From the IMG/VR virus record IMGVR_UViG_3300010052_000133, positions 1 to 42,454 of that record: a DNA stretch of 42,454 nt; one strand, 5' to 3'. Of the stretch, positions 8,027-17,213 are shown piece by piece; within the stretch, counting starts at the first letter, position 1; the number at the start of each line of letters is the position of its first letter. The notes beneath the pieces were generated by a model. That model saw nothing but the letters and a program-made list of their open reading frames with translations, had not been told where the DNA came from and made no database searches. The DNA comes from a virus. Taxonomy: Duplodnaviria; Caudoviricetes. Made by a program: the position numbers and the translations under genes.

Positions 8027-8415
8027 GCTGCAAGCAGCGGCGCCTGCTGCCACGCATCCATCACCGGCGCCGCGGCGCTGGGGTACCACTCCAGATCGGA
8101 GTGCTGCTCGATCAAAGCCAGCACCTGGTCGGCGCTGCCGAAGCTCAAGCGCAGCCGGTGCATCACGCAGCCGCGGTGGTCGCGTGGCATCAGGATGGCC
8201 AACTCCGATCGCAGCGCGGGGCAGATCCTGCGGAGGTCGAACACGATGCAGCGGCCATCAGGCAGCAGCACTGCGCGGCGCCACAAGTCGTCGCAGCCGT
8301 TCATGCGCAGCGGGTGGAGCGCGAGGCTCGTGCCGTCGGGCCAGCCGATGTGATGCTGCTGGACGATGACTTCGCAGCCGCCATGGCGGTGCAGGATTCG
8401 GGTGTCGGTGAGCAT
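8023..8415 (-). CDS. Hypothetical protein
   Basis: 130 aa ORF packed in the early operon, ATGA overlap downstream. Confidence 0.6.
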   Translation of the reverse strand: MLTDTRILHRHGGCEVIVQQHHIGWPDGTSLALHPLRMNGCDDLWRRAVLLPDGRCIVFDLRRICPALRSELAILMPRDHRGCVMHRLRLSFGSADQVLALIEQHSDLEWYPSAAAPVMDAWQQAPLLAA

Positions 8416-8417
8416 GG

Positions 8418-8843
8418 TCAGACCGCTCCGTGGTGGGATTGAGGGAGAGCGATGCCGGTGCAGTGCAGCAGGCGCAGCACCGGCTGCTTCTGGTGGTGGC
8501 CGAACTCCAGGCCGTGGCCGAGCACGATCACGGTGGCCCCCTGGGGCATCTGCGCGGCCAGCGCCGCGGCGCGCTCGTGCCGCTCAGCGAAGCAGGCGTC
8601 GTGCGGCAGCGTCCAGGCGGCCAGCAGCGGCACGGCCTGGGGGTGGTGCGGGATGCTCTGCTCCACCAGCACCACGAGCTGCACGTCGTCGTGGCGCGCG
8701 GTGTGCACGTGGGCGGGCGCCATGGTCCGGCCGACGAGCGCGAACTTGAACGCCTCGCCGGCGGGCGGTGCGGGCGCCTGCACATCGGGCGCGATGCCGT
8801 CGAGCGTGGCCTGGCCGGACTCGGCCTCGAGGGTGGCGTCCAT
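8418..8843 (-). CDS. Hypothetical protein
   Basis: Start MDATLEAE at 8843, 2 nt after upstream stop. Confidence 0.6.
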   Translation of the reverse strand: MDATLEAESGQATLDGIAPDVQAPAPPAGEAFKFALVGRTMAPAHVHTARHDDVQLVVLVEQSIPHHPQAVPLLAAWTLPHDACFAERHERAAALAAQMPQGATVIVLGHGLEFGHHQKQPVLRLLHCTGIALPQSHHGAV

Positions 8844-8845
8844 GC

Positions 8846-8995
8846 TCAGCGCCCCCACCAGGGCAGCAGAACCGCCGCTGCGGCGACGAGCAAGGGCGAC
8901 ACGGCGGCCAGCGCCACCAAGATGCCGCGCCACAGGGGGCGCCGGGCTTCGGCGTCGGTGCGCAGGTCGTCGGGGGGTTGGGGTGGGCGCTTCAC
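8846..8995 (-). CDS. Small protein with C-terminal hydrophobic segment
   Basis: GTGA overlap; LWRGILVALAAVSPLLVAAAAVLLPWW. Confidence 0.5.
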   Translation of the reverse strand: MKRPPQPPDDLRTDAEARRPLWRGILVALAAVSPLLVAAAAVLLPWWGR

Positions 8996-9333
8996 AGGTG
9001 CCACCCCGCGCCCCAGGTGCCCGGGAAGTACTTGGACGCGACGATCGACAGGACGAACACGAGCGCCCACACGAGCCACCAGCGGCGGCTGATGGTGTCG
9101 TCGGCCAGGCGCTCGACGTTGGCGCGGCGGCGCTGCTCGGCCGCTGCGGCTTCGTCTGGCGACTCGGCACGGTGGCGGCTCAGGCGGCCGGAGTCGATGC
9201 GTGCGTAGCCCTCCGTGCTGTCCATGCGGGGCAGCGCGGCAGGCTGGGATGCGCGTGGCTCGGTGTGGCCTTCGGTGCCCAGGAAGTCGCTGGCAGTGCG
9301 GCGGCGGCAGAGGAAGAGGGGGCGGGCGCTCAT
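8992..9333 (-). CDS. Hypothetical membrane-anchored protein
   Basis: ATGA overlap; C-terminal WWLVWALVFVLSIVA segment. Confidence 0.6.
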   Translation of the reverse strand: MSARPLFLCRRRTASDFLGTEGHTEPRASQPAALPRMDSTEGYARIDSGRLSRHRAESPDEAAAAEQRRRANVERLADDTISRRWWLVWALVFVLSIVASKYFPGTWGAGWHL

Positions 9334-9584
9334 CGCGGCTTTCTCCACTCGCGCTTCTGCTTCTTGTCCTTCGCCTTCTCCATGCGCTGGCGGAAGACAC
9401 GGCCCTTGACCGCAGCGTGGTACAGCGCCTCGAGGCCGTAGGTCTCCTCGCGCCGTGTGCCGAGCAACCGCAGGGTGACGTACTCGGCGTGCAGCGTGAC
9501 GATCAACTCGCGTGGCTTGCTGCCGTCGCGGATCAGCACCGCGGAGCGGCGTGTGACGGGCTTGGTGCAGAGGGTCATGCTCAT
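9330..9584 (-). CDS. Small basic hypothetical protein
   Basis: ATGA overlaps at both ends; Arg/Lys-rich C-terminus. Confidence 0.65.
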   Translation of the reverse strand: MSMTLCTKPVTRRSAVLIRDGSKPRELIVTLHAEYVTLRLLGTRREETYGLEALYHAAVKGRVFRQRMEKAKDKKQKREWRKPR

Positions 9585-9658
9585 GCCGCCCACCTCGCTA
9601 GCAGCACCACAAGGGCGATGCCCAGGCCGGCCCAGAACGGGTAGCGGGCGCCACTCAT
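9581..9658 (-). CDS. 25-aa hydrophobic peptide (not in ORF track)
   Basis: MSGARYPFWAGLGIALVVLLARWAA*, ATGA-coupled to both neighbours. Confidence 0.5.
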   Translation of the reverse strand: MSGARYPFWAGLGIALVVLLARWAA

Positions 9659-9900
9659 GCCAGCGCTCCGAAGCCGGTGATGGGGCCTCCGCTGAAGCGG
9701 CGCGGCGACTGGGCGAGACCGCGGCGCACCAGGAGGTTGCGCAGGGCGTCGTCGGTGGGCGGCTGGCCGTCGTTGGCGGCGCGGCGGTCGGCGATGACCG
9801 GCCAGAACCGGCGGTCAGACTCAGCGGGGATCGCGTGAACCGCGCCGCTGCAGGAGCTGATCTGCAGCTGGGCGCGCTCTTGCGGTGAAGTGGGGTGCAT
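9655..9900 (-). CDS. First gene of the leftward early operon, hypothetical
   Basis: ATG preceded by GGAGG, just downstream of the PL-like promoter. Confidence 0.65.
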   Translation of the reverse strand: MHPTSPQERAQLQISSCSGAVHAIPAESDRRFWPVIADRRAANDGQPPTDDALRNLLVRRGLAQSPRRFSGGPITGFGALA

Positions 9901-9934
9901 CGTTGCCTCCGACGCCGGGATGGCGTGGAGGTGG

Positions 9935-9976
9935 ATTACACCAAACGGTGTAATTCATGTCAACACCAAATGGTGA
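9935..9976 (-). promoter_or_regulatory. PL-like promoter with two operators
   Basis: Minus strand TTGACA-N17-TGTAAT; operators ACACCAAACGGTGT (9938-9951) and ACACCAAATGGTGA (9963-9976). Confidence 0.8.
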
Positions 9977-10006
9977 AGTACGCGCCGAACGACCGCAGTA
10001 GATGTG

Positions 10007-10029
10007 AAAAAACCCGCTCATGGCGGGTT
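10007..10029 (-). terminator. Intrinsic terminator for the cI/lipoprotein transcript
   Basis: Minus strand AACCCGC-CATGA-GCGGGTT then T run. Confidence 0.75.
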
Positions 10030-10048
10030 CATTCTTGGGTGGGGAGGG

Positions 10049-10579
10049 CTACTGACCGCTGATCACGACGGTCGAGGTTCTCCCGTCCTTTACGGTGAAG
10101 AGCTTCATCACGTTGCCGCCTTCTGTTCGGTGGCCTACCTTCCAGGACACCTCGACCACGGCGAAATACTCGCCATCTGCAACGCGATCGAACTCGAAGT
10201 TGCCCTGCGCATCACACGTCGCCTGCCGCATGAGCTTGCGGTATTCAGGGGGATCGGGGATGAAGTTGAAGGTGCGTTCGCTATTGACGCCACCGCCCCG
10301 TGTGACTGAAGCGAAACCGTAAAGCCCGCCGAGCCGTTCCTTCGAGTACTTGGTTGCCGGCGCCATCAGGACCTGTTGGCCCGCGCAAGTCACGACGCCG
10401 CCACCGTTCTGCCTGAGGAACGCATTACCCCGCACGAGTGCAACTCCTTCAGCAAGTTGCGCTGCGGTTTGGGCGGCGTCAAACGGGGCTGTCACATAGA
10501 AGTCGGGTGGCGCAGTAGGTTTCAATGGCGCACACGCGGTCGCAATGAACGTGAGGGCAAGGCAGAGGTGGGTTCGCAT
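10049..10579 (-). CDS. Putative lipoprotein (lysogenic accessory gene)
   Basis: MRTHLCLALTFIATAC signal with lipobox-like Cys; beta-rich body (CDAQGNFEFDRVADGEYF); downstream of cI on the same strand. Confidence 0.75.
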   Translation of the reverse strand: MRTHLCLALTFIATACAPLKPTAPPDFYVTAPFDAAQTAAQLAEGVALVRGNAFLRQNGGGVVTCAGQQVLMAPATKYSKERLGGLYGFASVTRGGGVNSERTFNFIPDPPEYRKLMRQATCDAQGNFEFDRVADGEYFAVVEVSWKVGHRTEGGNVMKLFTVKDGRTSTVVISGQ

Positions 10580-10748
10580 GGCGGTTGGTCGTAAGGAAGT
10601 CAGGATTTTGCTGCCGGAGGCGGCCCGAACAATCCCCAACTGCGATCGATCGACTCCACCAGGGTCGGTGCACTTGGATGCGGGGCGTAAGGGCTGACAG
10701 GTGAGTGGCCACTCTGACGCTGGAGAATGTAGAGTCGGCCAGGGGCGA

Positions 10749-11135
10749 CTACGTGCCAGCGTCTCGTTTTTGGCTTGTTTCTGCTTCGATGCGATCGAGT
10801 GCGTCCATAAGGGCCTGTTCGATGCGACCCTTCTGCCGCTGCGATAGCCTGTCGAATCTGGCCTGGTCAACCTCCTCGAATGGCCAGCCTGCGCCATCGA
10901 GGTGCAGTGGCGGAATGCCGAACGCGTCCTCAGCATCTCGCGCTGCTCGGGCACCGAACGACGGCTTCCGCAGGCGGAGCACGTCACTCCAGTAACTCGG
11001 CCTGCGATGACTCTCGGCAGCGAGCTTGGTGCTCGACGGCTCGCCATCTGCGTCGCACAGATCCTTGCGGTGCAACTTCACCCATTTCACAAGGCGCTCG
11101 ATCCTGGCGCGGGCGGTTTCGTCTAGTTCTCCCAT
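10749..11135 (-). CDS. CI-like repressor (HTH, no S24 peptidase domain)
   Basis: Divergent from cro across an operator pair; HTH-like STKLAAESHRRPSYWSDVL, then FGARAARDAE...LD; only 128 aa. Confidence 0.75.
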   Translation of the reverse strand: MGELDETARARIERLVKWVKLHRKDLCDADGEPSSTKLAAESHRRPSYWSDVLRLRKPSFGARAARDAEDAFGIPPLHLDGAGWPFEEVDQARFDRLSQRQKGRIEQALMDALDRIEAETSQKRDAGT

Positions 11136-11158
11136 GCGCTCATCGCAACACGGTAACT

Positions 11159-11203
11159 ACACCTTATGGTGTTTGCGTAGAACGACACCATTTGGTGTAT
11201 TCT
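11159..11203 (+). promoter_or_regulatory. PR-like promoter with two operators
   Basis: ACACCTTATGGTGT (11159-11172), ACACCATTTGGTGT (11185-11198); TTGCGT at 11173 and TGTATTCT at 11196-11203. Confidence 0.78.
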
Positions 11204-11209
11204 CGCGTC

Positions 11210-11515
11210 ATGGAAGTCTTGAAGACCTACTTGAAGTTGCTGCCGAACGACGATGCTCGCGAGGCATTCGCTACCGCGTGCGGCACGACGCTTGGGCATA
11301 TGCGCAACTGCCTGTACTCGCCCGTCAAGCGATTGGCTCCTGCACAGTGCGTACTCGTCGAGCATCACAGCGCCCGGGTAGTTCGTCGGTGGGACTGCCG
11401 GCCGGGAGACTGGCACGAGATCTGGCCCGAGCTGATCGGCGCTGAGGGAGCACCAGATGTGCCCGCACCGGCCGCGAACGACGCCTCGATGAACCCCGCG
11501 CCGGAGGCGGCCTGA
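11210..11515 (+). CDS. Cro/YdaS-like regulator
   Basis: REAFATACGTTLGHMRN HTH and RPGDWHEIWPEL tail typical of prophage Cro-like proteins. Confidence 0.82.
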   Translation: MEVLKTYLKLLPNDDAREAFATACGTTLGHMRNCLYSPVKRLAPAQCVLVEHHSARVVRRWDCRPGDWHEIWPELIGAEGAPDVPAPAANDASMNPAPEAA

Positions 11516-11553
11516 GATGGAGATCACAGGCGTCTGGGTCGATGAGTTGCGCG

Positions 11554-11850
11554 TCAAGGCGGATTGCCGGTCCCGCCTGGTGGCGCGCAGGCGCCGCACA
11601 GCTCGCTCCACAAGGCCATCGCGGCGGCATCGATCTCCGGTGGGTTCTCCGGCCTGGCGCGAGCAGAACGCTGCTCCAGATCTGATTTCGCTGTATGCAA
11701 GGCTTTCCAGAACAGCGGGTGAGCGGGCGGAGTCTCCGCGATGAGTGCGCGAACCACGCACTCGAGCATTTCCTGCCTGGCCTGCAAACGTGCGGCGCCG
11801 GCAAGCAATTGCCCGACGACCCGCGGTAGCAGCTCGGGTGGTATTTCCAT
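11554..11850 (-). CDS. Hypothetical protein, antisense to the rightward operon
   Basis: 98 aa helical-looking ORF with ATG and upstream AAGGGA. Confidence 0.55.
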   Translation of the reverse strand: MEIPPELLPRVVGQLLAGAARLQARQEMLECVVRALIAETPPAHPLFWKALHTAKSDLEQRSARARPENPPEIDAAAMALWSELCGACAPPGGTGNPP

Positions 11851-12084
11851 GGGCGTTCCCTTGGGCTGGGTTGAAGTTGTGGTGACTCCCAGCGTAGCCC
11901 AGGCGGAACGCCCGCCCCACTTTCCGCCCCAGGTGCCGGCGGCCCGACGCCGGGCTGGTCCTGCCGCAGTTGCCTCTGTCTCCTCCCTCGGTGCAGGACT
12001 GGCGGGCGGGTTTTTTCTTCGTCGTATCGGTCGGGCTGTTCATGCCTCTTTTGTCGCCCGACCCCAACTGGTAAGGCAACTGGT

Positions 12085-12468
12085 ATGTCCATGAAATTCA
12101 TCAATGGGGCCACCCAGGAGCTGCCCCTGGTGGGCGGCGTGGTGCAGCGCCAGCGCTTGGTGGTGCCGGCCGCCGTGATCAGCAATCTGCCCTCATGGCG
12201 GCATGCATGCCGGCTGGCATGGAAGCTGCGCTTCCCGCGCAACCTCACCTACAGCGGCCTCGTGGAGCGGGCTGGCCCGGGCACGCTTTATCTGAGCCAC
12301 GTGTCCGATTACTTCAGCCGCCGCGAGAAGCGCCGCGAGCTGCCGGCCCGCCATGTTGCACTGGTCGAGGCCGTGATCGGCAACACGGTGATGAGCCAAT
12401 GGCTTGCGCGCCAGGCGCAGCTCACTTGCATAGAGGAGATGCAGGCCACCGCGAGGTACGCAGCATGA
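12085..12468 (+). CDS. CII-like transcriptional regulator
   Basis: Position after cro; ACRLAW...HVSDYF...IGNTVMSQWLA pattern. Confidence 0.6.
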   Translation: MSMKFINGATQELPLVGGVVQRQRLVVPAAVISNLPSWRHACRLAWKLRFPRNLTYSGLVERAGPGTLYLSHVSDYFSRREKRRELPARHVALVEAVIGNTVMSQWLARQAQLTCIEEMQATARYAA

Positions 12469-12692
12469 GCGCGGGCACCGTCACCACGCGCAACCTGGCG
12501 CTGAGCGTGATCTATCTGAGCCCGCTGAACCGGCCGTGCCGCTGGGTGCCGAAGGGCAGCGTCAACGCCTGGGGCAATCACCTGCATTTCGAGTACCTGG
12601 ACGAGCCGCGCGGCGCGTTCCCGCTCACCCACGCCAACCTGAAGCACATGCGTGTGCTCGACGACAGGGGCACCAATGCGCCCGCGCGGTGA
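12465..12692 (+). CDS. Hypothetical protein
   Basis: ATGA overlap; YLSPLNRPCRW...FEYLD. Confidence 0.55.
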   Translation: MSAGTVTTRNLALSVIYLSPLNRPCRWVPKGSVNAWGNHLHFEYLDEPRGAFPLTHANLKHMRVLDDRGTNAPAR

Positions 12693-12969
12693 GATCCGGT
12701 CTGCGCTGGCCGGCGCAGCGATGGAGTTCGCCTCGTTGGGCCGGCCGGCAGTGACGTTCCGCGACCTGGCGGAGCGGGCACAGGTGGGCTATGAGGCCGC
12801 GCGGATGACGGTGCGCAACATGGCCCGCGCCGGCGAGCTGGTGCCAGTGGAGCAATCCGAAGGGCCGTTGCGCGCCTACGCGCTCCGTGACGCAGCAGCG
12901 CCGGTGCGTGCCGAGCGTTCCGAGGCACTGGAGATCGCCGACGTTCAGTGCATGTGGCTCGACCTCTGA
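12676..12969 (+). CDS. Small winged-helix-like protein
   Basis: VTFRDLAERAQVGYEAARMTVRNMARAGEL HTH-like pattern. Confidence 0.6.
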   Translation: MRPRGEIRSALAGAAMEFASLGRPAVTFRDLAERAQVGYEAARMTVRNMARAGELVPVEQSEGPLRAYALRDAAAPVRAERSEALEIADVQCMWLDL

Positions 12970-13064
12970 GCTGAGCCAACCAAGGAAGTCCATGCCAAGA
13001 CAGGACGAGGGGCACCGCTGCGCGCGGTGCGGGGGACGACTCACCTCCGCGCGGAGGTGGGCGC

Positions 13065-15668
13065 TTGGCTGACCAGCCGATCGACTTCGCAGGTCTCGCG
13101 GCGGCACTGCTTGACCGCGTCGAGTCTCTGCTGCTGCAGTGGCTGCCCAATGGCACCGAACGCAACGGCCGGTGGTACGTCGGCGATTTCGACGGCGGGT
13201 CCGGCGAGAGCGCGAACGTCAACATGGCCACCGGCCAGTGGATCGACAACGCCGCACCGGACGAAGAGAAGGGCGGCGACCTCATATCGCTCTACGCGCG
13301 CATCCGGGGCCTGAACAACGGCCAGGCCGCGCGCGAGCTGATGCGGGATCTCGGCTGGGAGCGAGTCCAGGCGCCTGCACATGCGCAGGCGTCGCGCCAG
13401 GCCGGAGATGTGCCCGACGATCGGCCGGTTCCACCACCCGAGGATGAGGCGCCACGCGCCAGCAAGCCCTCGAAGCGCAAGAGCAAATGGCGTGCGGTGG
13501 TGCCTGTGCCATCGAATGCACCGACCCCCGACTTCATCTTCGCCTTCCACGACAAGGCGCGCGATGTGTGGATCGAGCAGACGCCGGTCCGCACCTGGGA
13601 GTACAGCTTTGAGGGCCAGCTGTATGGCCACGTTGCCCGCTTCGAGCGGACCGACTCAAAGGGCGAGCAGGTAAAGGACACGATGCCACGCACCTGGTGC
13701 GTGGACGAGAGCGACGGCCGCGGGCTGCAGCGCTGGCATTGGAAGGTGTGGGACGCGCCGCGCCCGCTCTACGTGCCCGCCACGCTGCTGAGCGGCGATC
13801 CGCGCAACGTGCCGGTGGTGCTGGTCGAGGGCGAGAAGTGCGCCGAGGCCGGTCATCAGCTGCTCGGGCACGAGTTCGATTTCGTGTCGTGGCAGGGCGG
13901 GTGCAAGGCCTGGGCGCATGCCAACTGGGGCTGGCTGATGGGCCGCACGGTGTACCTCTGGCCAGACTGCGACGCCCAGCACACGCGCCTCACGAAAGAG
14001 GAGCGAGAGAACGGCGTCGACCCGAAGAGCAAGCCGCTGCTGCCAGAGCACAAGCAGCCCGGCATGCAGGCGATGGTGCACATCGGCTCGGTGCTGGCCG
14101 CCGACCAGTCGTGCACCGTGCTCATGTGCCAGATCCCGAAGCCCGGCCAGGTAGGCGATGGCTGGGACATTGCCGACGCGATCGCGCAGGGGTGGACGCC
14201 CGACCAGGTGCGTTCGTTCATCCGCGGCGCCGTTCCGTTCGTGCCACCGCAGGACGAGGCTCGCGCCAAAGCTGCGTCAGGCGAGTTGACCCCTTCAAGC
14301 GCTGGCGCGAGCCCGGATGACGATGTCTCGGCATGGCGCCGCGCGCTTCTGGAGACCGAGAAGGGCGCGATCAAGGCATGCCGCGAGAACGTGGTGCTGG
14401 CCGTCGATGGGATCGAGTTGCCAGAGGGCAGAGGGCGCTTACGCGGCATCCGCGAGATCGAAGGCGTCATCGCCTTCAACGAGTTCACCAACGACGTGAT
14501 GAAGCTCCGCGATGCGCCGTGGGGCTCGCCGGCCGGCGTGTGGGATGAGGTCGACGAGCTGCTGATGGGCGAGTGGCTCACGCGCCACCACTGGCTGCCC
14601 AGCATGCCGCGAGGCACGCTGGAGGAGGCCGTGCGCATGGTGGCCTACCGCCATCGCTATCACCCGGTGCGGCAGTACTTGGAGGGGCTTGCCTGGGATG
14701 GGGTGGAACGGTTGGCCACGTGGCTGAAGCGCGCCGTGCTCGAGGAGGACGAGCACCCGGCCGCGCTCGAGCGCTACCTGGCCCGCGCCGGCACCTGGTT
14801 CCTGCAGGGCATGTGCGCCCGTGCGCTGACGCCGGGCGTGAAGTTTGACTACATGCTGATCCTCGAGGGTGCACAGGGCCTGCGCAAGAGCACCTTGCTG
14901 GCCACGCTCGCCGGCGACTGGTTCGCCGACACCGGCCTGGTGCTCGGCGAGAAGGACAGCTACCAGCAGCTGCAGGGCCGCTGGCTCTACGAGTTCCCCG
15001 AGCTCGACGCCTTCAGCAAAGCCGACGTGACGAAGATCAAGGCCTTCATTGCGTCGGTGGCGGACTACTTCCGCGCCAGCTTCGACAAGCGGGCCAGGGA
15101 CTACCCGCGGCAGCTGGTCTTCGGCGGATCGACGAACGAGGACCACTACCTCACCGACCCGACCGGCAACCGGCGATTCTGGCCAGTGCGCGTGACTCGG
15201 CCGATCGACATCGATTGGGTGAGGGAGAACCGCGACCAGCTGTTCGCCGAGGCCGTCGCCCGCGTGCGCCGCAATGCGCGGATGTTCCCGACGCCTGAGG
15301 AGGAGCGCACGCTGTTCCTGCCGCAGCAACAGCAGCGCACGGTCGAGAACGCCATCGAGGCATCGATCGCCGACTGGCTGAACGAGAACGCAGACGGCCA
15401 GCTGGTGAACGAGATCTCGCTGGTGAAGCTGCTCGCGAAGATCGGGATCGGCATTGAGAAGCTCGGGCCCGGCCGGTTCCACGAGAAGCAGGCAGCAGCA
15501 GCCTTGCGCCGCATGGGCTGGGCCGAAGGCCGTTCCAGCGAGCCAGGCCGCCCGCGCGTGTATCGACGGCCGCGTGACGTGCCCAGTGGGCCGGCTCGCG
15601 GCAGCGTTTCATCAACCGCCCCCACGCCGGGGCAGAGCGACGAGGACCCCAATGGTTGCCCGTTCTGA
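13065..15668 (+). CDS. Primase (TOPRIM-like) fused to VirE/VapE helicase
   Basis: VVLVEGEKCA, WPDCD, GWDIAD TOPRIM motifs; LEGAQGLRKST Walker A, YEFPELD, STNEDHYLTDPTGNRRFWPV VirE motifs. Confidence 0.9.
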   Translation: MADQPIDFAGLAAALLDRVESLLLQWLPNGTERNGRWYVGDFDGGSGESANVNMATGQWIDNAAPDEEKGGDLISLYARIRGLNNGQAARELMRDLGWERVQAPAHAQASRQAGDVPDDRPVPPPEDEAPRASKPSKRKSKWRAVVPVPSNAPTPDFIFAFHDKARDVWIEQTPVRTWEYSFEGQLYGHVARFERTDSKGEQVKDTMPRTWCVDESDGRGLQRWHWKVWDAPRPLYVPATLLSGDPRNVPVVLVEGEKCAEAGHQLLGHEFDFVSWQGGCKAWAHANWGWLMGRTVYLWPDCDAQHTRLTKEERENGVDPKSKPLLPEHKQPGMQAMVHIGSVLAADQSCTVLMCQIPKPGQVGDGWDIADAIAQGWTPDQVRSFIRGAVPFVPPQDEARAKAASGELTPSSAGASPDDDVSAWRRALLETEKGAIKACRENVVLAVDGIELPEGRGRLRGIREIEGVIAFNEFTNDVMKLRDAPWGSPAGVWDEVDELLMGEWLTRHHWLPSMPRGTLEEAVRMVAYRHRYHPVRQYLEGLAWDGVERLATWLKRAVLEEDEHPAALERYLARAGTWFLQGMCARALTPGVKFDYMLILEGAQGLRKSTLLATLAGDWFADTGLVLGEKDSYQQLQGRWLYEFPELDAFSKADVTKIKAFIASVADYFRASFDKRARDYPRQLVFGGSTNEDHYLTDPTGNRRFWPVRVTRPIDIDWVRENRDQLFAEAVARVRRNARMFPTPEEERTLFLPQQQQRTVENAIEASIADWLNENADGQLVNEISLVKLLAKIGIGIEKLGPGRFHEKQAAAALRRMGWAEGRSSEPGRPRVYRRPRDVPSGPARGSVSSTAPTPGQSDEDPNGCPF

Positions 15669-15941
15669 GCAGCGATCGCGCGGCGGCGCGGAAAAGCTCG
15701 GGGCAACCGGGGCCACCGCCATGTAGGCCACCGCGACCGGGCGCACCCGGCTGTCCGCGTGTCCGTGACCTTGCAGCGACTGCTCAATCTGGAACGAAAG
15801 CCGGAGAGCGTCAGCAGGGCGGAGCCATGCCCGGACGGCCGTGCGTCCCTGAGCGATGCGCCGGCGGGCGTGCGCGGCGTGGGCAGGCACGCGCGCCCGA
15901 GATCGAGCGGGAATGCGTACTCACTGTGAGGTGATGGACAG

Positions 15942-16238
15942 ATGGACAAAGAACCGACAAAACGCGATTGGTCGTGGCTGAAGGCCCAGATGCCTGGCGT
16001 TGCCAAGCAGATCGCCGAGAAGCGTGCGCTGTGGGGCAATGCGCACGTCAATGAATGCTGGCGGCGCAGCGTCGAGCACCATGAGCCCGGGTGGTTCTTC
16101 GCTCGGGAAGGGGCGCTCGCGGTCGGCACGCCATTCGACCAGGCCGAGGCGGCGAACTTTGCTGCATTGCATGTCACATCGACGCAGGCCCTGGTGTTGA
16201 TCAGACCACCGGAGGTGAGCAATGGCCAGGCTGCCTGA
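15942..16238 (+). CDS. Phage hypothetical protein
   Basis: GWFFAREGALAVGTPF; between primase and Q. Confidence 0.7.
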   Translation: MDKEPTKRDWSWLKAQMPGVAKQIAEKRALWGNAHVNECWRRSVEHHEPGWFFAREGALAVGTPFDQAEAANFAALHVTSTQALVLIRPPEVSNGQAA

Positions 16239-16626
16239 CATCGAGCGCCGGCTGCTGAACTGGGCGCGGTGGAAGATCGGCTGCACGAGTGGTGGGCTGG
16301 GCTATGCCTCGGTCGCCATCGTGGAGCGAATTGACCTCAAGGGCTGGGATAGCCAGGCTCACATCCCGACGGTGGACACCGAGGCCGAGCAGACCGAGCA
16401 GGCGGTGCAGGCTCTAGATGGACGCCTGCGCATGACCGTCGTGACGTTCTACATCGACGGCGGCTCGGAGCGGAAGAAGCTGGCCAAGCTCTGCTGCAGC
16501 AAGACCACGCTGCATGCCCGCATTGATGAGGCCCACCGCGCACTGTCGGCCTGGCTGTCGGGTCAGGCGTCGGCAGCCAGGGAAGAGCGCGCCCGCGTCG
16601 AAAGGCTGCAAAGAGTCAGCAAATAG
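16222..16626 (+). CDS. Q-like late antiterminator
   Basis: IERRLLNWARW N-terminus and C-terminal HTH (KLCCSKTTLHARIDEAH); last gene before late operon. Confidence 0.7.
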   Translation: MARLPDIERRLLNWARWKIGCTSGGLGYASVAIVERIDLKGWDSQAHIPTVDTEAEQTEQAVQALDGRLRMTVVTFYIDGGSERKKLAKLCCSKTTLHARIDEAHRALSAWLSGQASAAREERARVERLQRVSK

Positions 16627-16755
16627 TCGGGCAAAGGGGTTCTACCACCCGGACCGATTCGGTACATTTCAGGCACGCTGCGATTCATTGCGAGACGAAC
16701 CCAGCGATCAGCGCCCGCAGGCACCCGCCTCGGGCGCTTTGCTTTGTGGGCCCAC

Positions 16756-17118
16756 ATGCCAACCGCTGCACCGAAGCCATGCGCTCACCCAGGCTGCGGC
16801 GTGCTGGTGCGCGACGGGACTGCCAGGTGTGAGCGGCACAAGGTCGCTGCGTGGTCGCAGCGCAGGACGCCGACGAAGCGCATCACGGGGCGGCGGTTGC
16901 AGCGCATGCGGGCAGCGCTGTTCAAGCGTCAGCCTTTGTGCGAGGAATGCCAGCGCTTCGGGCGCGTGACGCTGGCCACCCAGCGCGACCACCGCATCCC
17001 GCTCGCTGAAGGCGGCGCCGACGACGAGACGAACGAGCAGGCCCTCTGCGAGCCGTGCCACGACGGCAAGAGCTTGGCCGAGGCCCTTCGAGGTCGAGGG
17101 GGGTGGTCAAAAGTCTAG
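16756..17118 (+). CDS. HNH endonuclease (terminase-associated)
   Basis: PLCEEC...RDHRIPL...NEQALCEPCHDGK directly upstream of terS. Confidence 0.9.
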   Translation: MPTAAPKPCAHPGCGVLVRDGTARCERHKVAAWSQRRTPTKRITGRRLQRMRAALFKRQPLCEECQRFGRVTLATQRDHRIPLAEGGADDETNEQALCEPCHDGKSLAEALRGRGGWSKV

Positions 17119-17186
17119 CGACGCCCCACCGGAAACCGACCCCGCCCCCACTTTTCTGCGCGCGCAGGTTCGGCATAGGGGGGGGG
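17095..17186. other. Probable cos/packaging region
   Basis: Segment between HNH and terS (GGGGGGTGGTCAAAAGT...GAAACCG...CACTTTTCTGCGCGCG), where HK97-like phages carry cos; cut site not determined. Confidence 0.45.
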
Positions 17187-17213
17187 TGCAGGCGCCTGTA
17201 ATCGGAGAGGAAC

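Noticed and set aside
15669-15941. Replication origin after the primase gene
   Set aside because: Position is plausible and there is a short GATGGACA duplication near 15933, but no convincing iterons or AT-rich unwinding element.
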